From contig CM075989.1 in assembly GCA_038087875.1 (NCBI GenBank), positions 22,198,001-22,262,000 of the forward strand: a stretch of DNA of 64,000 nucleotides, read 5' to 3'. The position numbers and the translations under genes are program-made. The notes under the pieces are model-generated. The model did not search any database. It was not told where the DNA came from and worked only from the letters and a program-made list of their open reading frames with translations. Source of the stretch: Malacoraja senta. Taxonomy: Eukaryota. Below are positions 11,273 through 23,671 of this stretch, in pieces (within the stretch, counting starts at the first letter, position 1; each line of letters opens with the position of its first letter).

Positions 11273-12510
11273 CGTTGGGGAGAAAGAAAGCCAGCATAAA
11301 TCTTTCTCTAAAATACTCCATATTGATCACTATGGTCTAGGGTGCATAGACGGAGTGCATCAAATAGTTCCCAGCCAGTCAGTCGCTGTTCTACTGAGGG
11401 GTATAGAGAGGAGAGAGGGGTTGGAGGGGCGAGGGGTTCAGAATAGCACCACCATGGTGATCTCCTAAGGATTGGCGAGGCAACCAGTCATCAAGGGATG
11501 CGGCAGATTTTTTCGCAAGGTTTTGAAAGTAAGGTCGCACGCTGCTATAGTTCATCCCGTGGTGCCGTAGTCCATACATCAGTCCCGAAGCAAGGAATGT
11601 GACATAGTTTTCTCCGTAATCAATTGGCTGAAGCAGCTCCAGATATAGATTTAGAAAATGGGCAATGGTCATGCATCTTAGCGGAGAGGGACATTTAACC
11701 GGCAAGGAGAATGAATTTGTTATCCTGTGATACTGCCAAGATTGGGCTAAAACAGTTCCAGGCGGATTCAGGACTAACTTCTGTGGAAATGGGGCAATGG
11801 GACTGTGATAGCGGGGAGAGCGTTGTACATTGCTAAGCGAATGTTTACAAATCGGCCGCCTGACAATTCATCCAGCATTTTCTCAAATGAAAGTCCAACA
11901 GATTTTTAAACCATTATAATTATCACTGAGACAGATTTTTTTTTTTAACGGTTTGCAGTTCGCATTAACCGGAAATCTGAATGGAATATAATTTAGCTTT
12001 CCTGGAGTTATGTCATTAATATTGAGCCATAAAATGCATGCGATGCTTAGTCCTGTCTCTACTCAATGAAGTCATGACATCAGTTTGATTTATGCTCCTA
12101 TACCAGATCTAAATCAGCAATGACACTCGTTATATTGTTTTAACCTTAGGAGATTGTCTTTTTTTTCCTTGATTAATATTTAATTCATAGTCCAAGCGTT
12201 TTCTGTTACAGTTTAAAAAAATGAATGAAATACTTTGCTATGAAATCAATGGATGTGTATTCAATCCTTGTGAGAAATATATTAATTAAGGAAGAGTATG
12301 ATTATTTTGATACGGATCAGTGGGTAATATTTGCTTGGTCTGGCAATGTTTATTCCCTACCCAAAATGTTTTGGCATTTTTTCATCGTGGAGGGGGTGCG
12401 TTGGGACGAATTGTGCCCCCAAATAAAGAGAGAAATCCAGAACTGCTCAATAACTGTGAAATCACGGGTTTGCCCCTGTTGGCGACCTTATAAACAGCCC
12501 AGGCCGATGG

Positions 12511-12718
12511 AAGGTAGACAAAAATGCTGGAGAAACTCAGTGGGTGAGGCAGCATCTATGGAGCGAAGGAAATAGGCAACGTTTCGGGCCGAAAACCCTG
12601 GGTTTCTGCCCGAAACGTTGCCTATTTCCTTCGCTCCACAGATGCTGCCTCACCCGCTGAGTTTCTCCAGCATTTTTGTCTACCTTCGATTTTCCAGCAT
12701 CTGCAGTTCCTTCTTAAC
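12511..12718. mobile_element. Palindromic PLE terminal element
   Basis: ~88-bp inverted arms centred near 12599, followed by the family 3' end CCAGCATCTGCAGTTCCTTCTTAA. The flanks share CAGCCC..CGATGGAA. Confidence 0.85.
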
Positions 12719-12765
12719 CAGCCCGATGGAACACTGGATTCGAATGGTTATTCCATTAATCTATA

Positions 12766-13085
12766 GGTAGACACAAAATGCTGGAGTAACTCAGCTGGAC
12801 AGGCGGCATCTCTGGATAGAAGGAATTTTAGACGTTTCGTGTCGAGACCCTTCTTCAGACTGAGTCCGGGGAGAGGGAAGTAAGTAAGTAAGTAAGTACG
12901 TAAGTAAGTAAGTAAGTTTATTGGCCAAGTATTCACATACAAGGAATTTGCCTTGGTGCTCCGCCCACAAGTAACAACATGACATACATTGACAGTTACG
13001 AATGGCTCAGAGGAAACGAGAGATATGGAAGGGTAATGGTGCGAAAACGAGAGATCAAAGGGGGCGACGGTCAAGGAAAATGCAG
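12766..13085 (-). mobile_element. PLE 3' fragment with a nested LINE tail ((TTAC)n) at ~12879-13010
   Basis: Terminal repeat plus hammerhead core (12831-12858, minus); AAGT tandem run and AATAAA on minus. Confidence 0.7.
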
Positions 13086-13949
13086 ATGGGTCGCCCTGAA
13101 GTCGATAATGCTGAGGCAGCGTGCAATGTCTTGCACCACTGAATTCTCTGATCCCAAGGAATGGGGACGGAAGATCAGGCGTTTCAGGTAGAGGTACACT
13201 CAATCAACAGTCCAGCATTTATCCCTTGAGCCTTCGAATGGGGCAACTGGTTGTTGATGGGCTTTTGTACCACATTTACATGTGAAATGTACTTAAAAAT
13301 AGTTCAATCAGCGAGTCTATGAAACAGACAATCATATTTGTAACCGTCTTTAAAAAATCGTGATTATCCGGAAATGCTCCATTTTGCTGAAACACATTTA
13401 TCTCGATAAGAAGTGGTGCCCTGTAAAATATAATTATGACAGCGCTAATGCATTATGCAAACGAACTGCAAAATGCGATTGGAGTATACATTGTTAAGAA
13501 AGATTTCCATTAGGTTCCTCTAGGCTTATGACAGATAATTGGACCACGATTTATTCGTTTAGTTTAACGAACACTTGTCAATTCTTCAATTTCCCCGACA
13601 CTTATCGAAACAGAAGCTTACCTGAGTACATCTAACAATGAAACATTCTAGACAGGAGGCGGAGGGCGAGATATTGATATATTTTGAAACTGTACAGATG
13701 GAACAAGGTTCTGAACTTAAAAATATAATGTTTTACGCTTCTTGCTTTTAAAAAATCATGCTGTAGGTTTGGAATTAATATTCTGGTTCCGGAGTCTAGA
13801 ACTCTGTTTTAGAATCGGTAACATTGACTAAAATTAACAGGTACTCAACAAATAAGAAGTGTTGTCCTTTTCTAGATTATTGGGTTCTATAGTGCCAGGG
13901 AAAACTTTAACCGTAAGATGCTCCAAGTGATAGGATCTCGGGGAATAGG

Positions 13950-14057
13950 CTTATTCCTTTTGCTTCGCTCCAGAGATACTCCCTGACCGGCTGAGTTACT
14001 CCGGCATTTTGTGTCTATTTTCGGTGTAAACCAGCATCTGCAATTCCTTCCTATACA
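13950..14057 (+). mobile_element. PLE terminal-repeat fragment
   Basis: GCTGAGTTACTCCGGCATTTTGTGTC...CCAGCATCTGCAATTCCTTCCTATAC. Confidence 0.7.
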
Positions 14058-14370
14058 AACTTCTAAAGGTCGACGCTGCCTCAAATGATGGACCAAAAAC
14101 TCAACTGATTGTTTGAGAAGCTTTTGATGCGTTATATCTTTAAGCAAGGTACTTAACCTGAGCAGATAGGATGTGTCTATACACTTCAGAATTCACTCTT
14201 GTGAGGCTCGTTGAACTGCTGTATTGGTGGGCATGGATGCCCCAATGTTTGGCAGTTCAAGGGCAGGTTTGCCTTGGCTGACACGTGAACTAAATTACAG
14301 TGAAGCTCTTGGGATCGTGTAATGAAGTGGGAAGAACATTGTTACTGGGCTGCCACGTGTTCATTATGTA

Positions 14371-16033
14371 CAGTGCCCTCCATAATGTTTGGGACAATGA
14401 CCTATCATTTATTTAATTGCCTCTGTATTCCACAATTTGAGATTTGTAATAGAAAAAAATCACATGTGGTTAAAGTGCACATTGTCAGATTTTAATAAAG
14501 GTCATTTTTATACATTTTGGTTTCACCATGTAGAAATTTCAGCTGTGTTAATACATAGTTCCCCCCCCCCCCCCCCCCCCCATTTCAGGGCACCATAAAG
14601 TTTGGGACACATGGCTTCACGGGTGTTTGCAATTGCTCAGGTGTGTTTAATTGCCTCCTTACTGCAGATACACGCGAGCTCTCAGCACCTAGTCTTTCCT
14701 CCAGTCTTTCCATCACCTTTGGAAACTTTTATTGCTGTTTATCAACGTGAGGACCAAAGTTGTGCCAATGAAAGTCAAAGAAGCCATTACGAGACTGAAA
14801 AACAAGAATAAAACTGTTAGAGACATCAGCCAAACCATCGGCTTACCAAAATCAACTGTTTGGAACACCATTAAGAAGAAAGAGAGCACTGGTGAGCTTA
14901 CTAATCGCAAAGGGACTGGCAGGCCAAGGAAGACCTCCACAGCTGATGACAGAATTCTCTCTATAATAAAGAAAAATCCCCAAACACCTGTCCGACTGAT
15001 CAGAAGCACTCTTCAGGTGTCAGTTGTGGATTTGTCAATGACCACTGTCCACAGAAGACTTCATGAACAGAAATACAGAGGCTACACTGCAAGATGCCAA
15101 CCACTGGTTAGCCGCAAAAAATAGGATGGCCAGGTTACAGTTTGCGAATAAATACTTAGAAGTGCGACCACAGTTCTGGAAAAAGGTCTCGTAGACAGAT
15201 GAGACGAAGATTAACTTATATCAGAGTGATGGCAAGAGCAAAGTATGGAGGAGAGAAGGAACTGCCCAAGATCCAAAGCATACCACCTCATCTGTGAAAC
15301 ACGGTGGTGGGGGAATTATGTCATGGACATGTATGGCTGCTGAAGGTACTGGCTCACTTATCTTCATTGATGATACAACTGCTGATGGAGTAGCATAATG
15401 AATTCTGAAGTGTATAGACACATTCTATCTGCTCAGGTTCAACAAATGCCTCAAAACTCATTGGCTGGTGGTTCAATCTACAGCAAGACAATGATCCCAA
15501 ACATATTGCTAAAGCAACAAAGGAGTTTGTCAAAGCTAAAAAATGGTCAATTCGTGAGTGGCCAAGTCAATCACCCGATCTGAACCCAATTGAGCATACC
15601 TTTTATATGCTGAAGAAAAAACTGAAGGGACTAGCCCCCAAAACAAGTACAAGCTAAAGATGGCTGCAATACAGGCCTGGCAGGGCATCACCAGAGAAGA
15701 CACCCAGCAACTGGTATTGTCCATGAATCGCAGACTTCAAGCAGTCATTGCAAGCAAAGGATATGCAACAAAATACTAAACATGACTACTTTCATTTACA
15801 TTACATTGCTGTGTCCCAAACATTATGGTATCCTGAAATGGGGGGACTATGTCTCAACATTGCTGTAATTTCTACATGGTGAAACCAAAATGTATAAAAA
15901 TGACCTTTATTAAAATCTGACAAGGTGCACTTTAACCACATGTGATTTTTTTCTATTACAAATCTCAAATAATGGAGTACAGAGGCAAATCCATAAATGA
16001 TGGGTCTTTGTCCCAAACATTATGGGGCCACTG
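14371..16033 (+). mobile_element. Full-length Tc1-family (DD34E) DNA transposon, IR/DR type
   Basis: Ends CAGTG...CACTG flanked by TA on both sides. ITRs are ~220-240 bp (14371-~14610 and ~15811-16033), each with two copies of the ATAATGTTTGGGACA-type repeat. Confidence 0.97.
14747..15779 (+). pseudogene. Tc1 transposase pseudogene
   Basis: HTH region with GRPRKT, (W>stop)TDETK, VKHGGG, QQDNDPKH, WPSQSPDLNPIE (34 residues between D and E), ending KGYATKY-stop. The start codon appears mutated to GTG; there is an in-frame TAG and about four frameshifts. Confidence 0.95.
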
Positions 16034-18168
16034 TATTACTGGCAGTTGTTACAAGCGCTGTTACCAGGAACTAAATCATTTCAAATTCCATTAATAGTTA
16101 TCTCGTGTATTCAATGTTCCATTGAAACCCTTATTGAACATACGAATTGGCTGCTTAAATACCAATCTTATTATACACGTTATGACAATTGGGTGCTATT
16201 TGGAAATGTTCCCACCATTTCAGTTGCAATTTCAAAGTAATTTAACTGCTGATTTCAAATAGTATTATGAAACAAAGTGGAACAATTCTGATTTTAGTTT
16301 CCTCGTCTTCTGCAATATGGGAAACTTAATGGTCCTCTTTCTCTCCCTTTATAACTTCTGCAATGCAATTTTCATTTGATATGTGTCAAATCCTGATGCT
16401 TCCTTTAACTTTTACATTTACCACAAAGCAAATTAGTTCCCTAATGGGGCATACGGCGTTCTCCTGCGTTAGAAATAAATAACTTCGTTGGGTTCCTAAC
16501 TGGTAGCACAAGGAGCTTAAATATGTTTTACGAAGCAATGTAACAATTTTCTTGGAAACTTGAATGATGAAGGGTGGTATGTCTGTAATAGAACAGTGGG
16601 GAATGAAAGAGGGGTGTCTGCGAACGTTTGAGTCGTTTATTTTGTAGCCACCAATGTATTATCGTGAGAAAATACGCAGAATTTAATTTGCGGCTTTTCT
16701 AAAGAGGATATGTGTAAAATAGAATATGAGAAAAATCACCTAAGCCACATTTTAAAATAAATATCGTCCATTCTAACCTAAAATTGATCGTTTTGGTCAG
16801 CATAATTGGGGTAGTTAATAACTTTAATAACTGTAGTAATAATCATGAAGTTCGCTTTCCAGCAAATCTATTCCATTATCTGATAGGGAAAAACTTTCGC
16901 TTGACACTTCAACATCCATGCTCTGAAGTTGACTGCCTTAAATGTGTATTCCATTATTACGACGGCGCGTTCGCTTTTAGTAATAGCCTTCGATGGTTTC
17001 ATTTTTTATCACAGTTCGTTCAATATAGGAAAACATATTTCTTATTGGAAAACTAATATGCTTTTTGCAACCTTCTTTCCACATAAAGCACGCAACAATT
17101 GAAAAAAAGAAGTGTTTCGAGATATTAATTTCATTAACTTACTAATTTTCCTAACGAACGTATTTATTGAAAGCAGCATTAAATAAATATTCAAGTGTTT
17201 GATTTGTTTTTCTGGTATTTATTTTGACTGCTTACAGAGTAATACATTGAAATCAAATGCTACCGTGCGACTCTAACCATTACAAATCTTCAAAGATACG
17301 GTTAAAACGATATTTTACACAGTTGAAAATATGTTTTTTTGCTTCAAAAATGCAGCAATTAATATTTTTTCCTCCTTTCTATGCTTCTTTCTGCAATTCA
17401 TACAATGAGTCGGGTTCGGTGTTTACGGAACAATGTAAAAGATTAATACGACATTTGAGCAAATAAATCTTCGGGGACAATACCGTTCTAACATTCTAGA
17501 TGATATAAGTTTATTCGTGTTGGCCTGTGCATATCAATGGCACGAATTTACAATTACATTTAGTTATTGGATTCTTTGCTTTTGGAAACGCATAACCTTC
17601 GTTTATCAATGCTGATCTTTACGGTCACTAACTGCGGGATTGCACCCTTAATATAATATATAAATTGTCAGTGCATTGTTTCACGAGAAAACAGAATATT
17701 CACTTAAATGTTATTTCTATGAAAGAATAGAATCAGTTAATGTATCATTATTATTTACTATATTTCTTACCCTCAAAAATTATATTCGCAAATGAATGAC
17801 ATTTTGAACTTCATTTCCTTACAATTTCAAATATAGTAGAATTTATTTCTGGCTGCCTAATGACTTAAATATGTGCATTGTTCATTTATGTTACTAAGAT
17901 TATTTTGATTTTGTTTTGTATCCGTCTAGATAATTTCAGAAGCACTTTGGAATGATGGAATCTAACCATTCCTTGGATTCCTAGCCGTTTGCCGTAGTGT
18001 ATATAGCTGGTAGATTGGTCAGTTTCATTAATCTGCCTTAATAGTCCTTTCAGAGATGTAAAGAGAAGCACTTTAGTGTTTTGGACCAATCTTCTGTGAG
18101 GCTGAAGGGGAAAATATGACAGCACGGGAGAATGGATTGATGGCATTTTGGATGGCGAGTCTCTGTCT

Positions 18169-18883
<715 letters not shown>

Positions 18884-21424
18884 TGCCATTCCCTCCACAG
18901 TGTCGAATGTGTCATGCTTTGTCACATCTTGTGTGTTTTTACTGAACATTTGAATAAAAGCATCTGCCAGGTATTCCTGACACTGTGGGCGGAATTCGCT
19001 GCCATCCACAAAGAGTTTTCCAGTTCCATTTGCATAAGGTCGCAGCAGAGCTTCTGATGGAAGTTCAGCGGCATCCTTGTCTCTTAGCAACAATATGCAC
19101 TTTTGGTCCTTGCATTAAATTGACGGATCCCTTTTTATTTCTTTCACATGGTGCTACGCAATGAAATGTCACCCTCAAACCTGTGTCTGTCACTAGTAGG
19201 TCAACTTTTTTCTTCCTTTAAGTCCAATTAGAAGAGGAGGCTATTCACTGAGTCCAAAATGATTCGTCTTATTTGTTAATTAATATTAATAACATTTCCA
19301 GTATTAATGGACGGAGCTGCATAAACATTTGAGAGATAAGGACCAAATTACTGGCACCTGCACTACAATACATTTTTGGAGTCAGTAATAGGATGCTGAG
19401 ATTGGAGAGCAGTTTTGGGTCATATTCTCCACCCATTTATTTGAGATAGGATTGAGCGCTGCTCCGAGAACTGAATGTGCTGAGAAAATTAGTGACAACC
19501 TCTGTGTGTCGATGGGAATTTCTGACATAATACAGCTGCTGAGAACTGGTGTTAATGGAGGGTCAACTTAGGACAATGGTATCCATCACTTGCCTCGTAG
19601 CTCCCCTGTCATCGCGGCCACTTTTGACTGCTCTATCACCCAGATTTTAGTTATTCAATTACTTGGGATTTTCCTCTCTGAACACCCAGTTGCTAATTTT
19701 GTGTGTTTCGCGTCAATAACGCGGTTAAACTGTCTTTCGTTATACTTCTAAAAAAAATCATCTCAAACGCGTGTTCCGGCTAAATAACAAAACCGGCCAC
19801 GTTCAGAATAATGCAGAGATTATGCTAACCGATGCACCTGTCCAACAAGTTCCAGGTATACCGGTGTACTTTGCAGGCAATAACTTTTACCAAAAACAAT
19901 TCTATTGAAAATAAAGTAATTTTAGTGTTTAATTTAAAGGAAATATTTCAGAAATTATGAATAGAATTTGCGATAATTCTTTTGTAATATATGTCGTTAG
20001 GTAATATTAAAAGTAGATAGATAGATCATGTTAATGGTGTATATCACACAACACAAACTCATTTATCTGTATTCTACACTAAACGTATATATTAAATTAG
20101 ACACCCTCCGTTTTTTTCCAAACAGGAAATATAAAATCTGAGTTGAAATTCATAATCAACAATTGAACCTTTTCCTCTCGACCCAAAAAGGTGGTAAACA
20201 TTTATTTTAAAAAATATCTTAAATGTTGCGATGCTGCCAAGTATTTTATTATGCTTATCTGGTCATTTATTAAGCTCGATTTCGAGAATAATATATATTT
20301 CTTGAAACCTAAAGCTAAATCTGTCTTTGTCAATGCAATGTTATCAGTCTGTAGGTTCTCAAATCGTTTTGAGTAATACTCAAATGAAACCGTATTATAT
20401 GGGGCATAACACCTGTTAACCGCTGCAAGTTCAGCCTGCGATCTTGCACAGTAAAAACAGAACTAATCTTGGCAGGAAAAGTTAGTTGCCTGTTGCATCA
20501 GTTATCATCAGCGACGAGACGCTTGCTGTCTGGTCCTGCGCATCCACTTGCGGCCTTTCTATCTATCATTCTATCTAATTTATGGACCATCTTCTGTGAC
20601 AATGGGCCGTTTTTCATGCAGACTTTCACTGGAGCTTTGGCGTTTCGTCCTGTCTCTGTATTTTCAACCTAGTAGCTCACATGCCCTGTAATGTATATTC
20701 AAGATAAATATACCGGAAATTTAGCTTCCTGACAACAGCTGGGTTAAAAGTCAAATGGGCTCTGTTTAATAATTCACGTGTCATATTTCTTCTGTTTTGT
20801 CAAGTTTGCCAAAGAAGATGAAACGACCCGAGAGAGATGTAGTAGACTTGGTCATATGGTCTGTGGCTTCCCGATATTCAGATCCATTATAGAGTTTACA
20901 GATGCTAATTGCTAAAGTACGAAGTAAGATCTATTTATTTTCCTTTCGATCTATGCTTTGGGCCATTGAGTAGTTATTCCAACTGCCTCTTTGTCCTCTG
21001 ACATTTCAGATTTGAACAGATTTGTTCCCGTTTAATGTAACTACTACCAAAGGCCGTGAATGATTTACGATATATATATTTACTGGGTAATATAAATAAA
21101 ATTCATAGATAATACTTAAAGAATGTATAATACTTGAACATAATACAAATTCCTCCTGAAACCTGAAGATAATTGCTGAAGCAAATTTCCCGTTGATTTC
21201 TTTAAAACTTAACGAGGACACAGCATAGGTAGAAATAGCTCTGAGATTTAAAATGTTCTCAACACCCTTGTGTATTTTGTGTCTAAACCATCTGTTTGGT
21301 GCCTGCGACTTTTACTATTAATCAATACATGAACTGGCGCAGGCTATAAGTTACAATACTCAATTCGAGTGTGTTTTGAATAATCTTCTAATGGCCCATT
21401 AATGTTATGGTTCTGCGCAGATTA

Positions 21425-21624
21425 NNNNNNNNNNNNNNNNNNNNNNNNNNNNNNNNNNNNNNNNNNNNNNNNNNNNNNNNNNNNNNNNNNNNNNNNNNNN
21501 NNNNNNNNNNNNNNNNNNNNNNNNNNNNNNNNNNNNNNNNNNNNNNNNNNNNNNNNNNNNNNNNNNNNNNNNNNNNNNNNNNNNNNNNNNNNNNNNNNNN
21601 NNNNNNNNNNNNNNNNNNNNNNNN
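21425..21624. other. Assembly gap (200 N)
   Basis: Run of exactly 200 N, a fixed-size scaffolding gap. Confidence 0.99.
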
Positions 21625-23438
21625 TCTCAGCTAATTAGCGACATGCAGCTTTTAAAATGAGGAAACGAGTGTCCTCGGCTGTGGTGCCCTCTTGGCAAAA
21701 TAGCATGCCAATCAATGTCAGGGCTCGCACGTGAAGAGTTGCCACTTGGAACGCACGCCACTGTGCCCCAACTGAGAGGCAGTGAGGAAGAGCACAACTT
21801 GGCGAAAAATCAAACGTGGGCACTTAATCTTTAATTAAATGGGATTTAAGCAACTGAAACAGACTGTAAAACCTGTCTTCATTGCATTGTTACAATATGC
21901 TCCTTTACTAGTATCCTGAATTGGTTTCTTTTTGACGAGTCAGAAACCTGTGGTGAGTTGGAGAGAGGTATTATAACGGATTTAAGCTGAATGATTTAAC
22001 ACAGAGGATGGCACAACGATGCAGGGTCAGGGTTTTGGTATTCGTGTGATTGAGCCTCGGTGCAGCATCCAAGCCTTATTTCATCCACTTTAATTAAAAT
22101 TAACTATACATTATCCATCAAAAGTTGAAATCCTAACATAGACTTGTAATGTGGTACATAGAAGAATATTAGTACTGCAGCAAATATTATCGGCTTAAGT
22201 CAGTGCCAAAGTTGAAGCCAGCTAATTATTTCTGTCTAGATATTGTCGTCTATGGGTTAACCTCATCTCACTTAGGCTGGGTGAAATTGGCCATCTCATA
22301 ATTTTTTCAAAGCAGGACTAGAAGCCATCATGTTGCTCTAGCCTTGTAATATTTATAATCAATTATGTGGCAATTTCATCATTAGAATATGTCTGTGGGG
22401 TGCATAAAACGTGACATTTTGGGAATACTGATTTGCTCAGTACTTCTGAGCGCATCGTTTGAAGATTCGGGGACAGTAATCGCATGAAGAAACACTAGGT
22501 GGGAGAGGGTTAATGAGGAGGGGAATAATTGTCCCTTCAAGGGAGTTACCTAGAGTAGCATTTTTTTTTTTGTCAATCACCGCTCACAATGGGGAAACAT
22601 CACTTCCACTAGGTAGAGTGCTTAGCAGAGCTAATGAGGAGAAAGAAAGCTTATTCCCTCCAGAGAGTCAACTAAGGTAGCTTCATGGAGTTAGGTGAGG
22701 TACTGTCTCTGGTCAGTGCTGGCAGCAAGACTCAGGAGGGAACCATTTACTCCGATAGATGGTGTAATAAGATAATCAGTCCTGACAGTCAGGAACAGGA
22801 GAAAGAAAGTTGGTCTCTCTGGAGAGCTGTTACAGTGGAGTTGAGGTGAGAGTGTGCATCTTGTCTTCCAGAGAGAGAAAGAAGGTTTGAGCAAGTAGGG
22901 TGGAGGTCAAGAAGCTTCCAGCACCTCCAAATCTCAAGATAGATGTGGCAAGCTTCAATTATTGGCTGCTGTAAATAAATTAATTGTTAACTTGTATTAT
23001 TCCATGCCAATTGAGAGATTATAGTTAATACCGAAAATGATATGGAGCGATTGCATGAACGTTTGCCAGGTATCAACTTGTTTATTACAGATAACATGTT
23101 AATCCCAAATCGACTCGACATACATAAATATATGGAAGTAATTTCGAAAGGAAGCTGTAACATTGGAAAGAGGAGAAGGATTTTGTCATCGTCTCAAGCT
23201 ATGTAATTTCCAATCTCTGATCCATGCAACGATGAAACAATCATGGGAGTAGCCACAGCCCACATCATGTCTCACTCACAACCAAAGTTAGGTGCATTAA
23301 GTAGGAAACAATGGAATTAAATGATAGGAAAAAAATTCAAATAAAGTAACAGATTAAATTTTACAGCCATAGATTCCAACAGGATAAGACTGGAATATGT
23401 TCAATAAGACTGGAAAACTGATCTATTATTTAGTTTAG

Positions 23439-23666
23439 GGTAGACAAAAAATGCTGGAGAAACTCAGCGGGTGATCCAGCATCTGTTGAGATAAGGAATA
23501 GGCAATGTTTCGGGTCGAGGCCCTTCTTAAGACTGTCTGAAGAAGGGCCTTGACCTGAAACGTCGCCTATTTCTTCTCACCATAGATGCTGCCTCACCCG
23601 CTGAGTTTCTCCAGCATTTTTTGTCTACCTACGATTTTTCCAGCATCTGCAGTTCTTTCTTAAACA
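23439..23666. mobile_element. Palindromic PLE-derived element with 15-bp TSD
   Basis: Inverted arms centred at ~23534; TSD TATTATTTAGTTTAG at 23424-23438 and 23667-23681. Confidence 0.9.
23537..23564 (+). ncRNA. Minimal hammerhead ribozyme-like motif
   Basis: CTGAAGA-A-GGGCCTTGACCT-GAAAC-GTC: CUGANGA box, stem II, GAAA box and GUC triplet. Confidence 0.6.
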
Positions 23667-23671
23667 TATTA

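Noticed and set aside
11391..11705. 104-aa minus-strand ORF in unique sequence
   Set aside because: Non-ATG start, no recognisable motif and no supporting splice structure.
21402..21638. ORFs spanning X residues
   Set aside because: Artefact of the N gap.
21683..21698. CTCF-like motif (GTGCCCTCTTGGC)
   Set aside because: Only half of the core matches well; not supportable without a matrix score or ChIP data.
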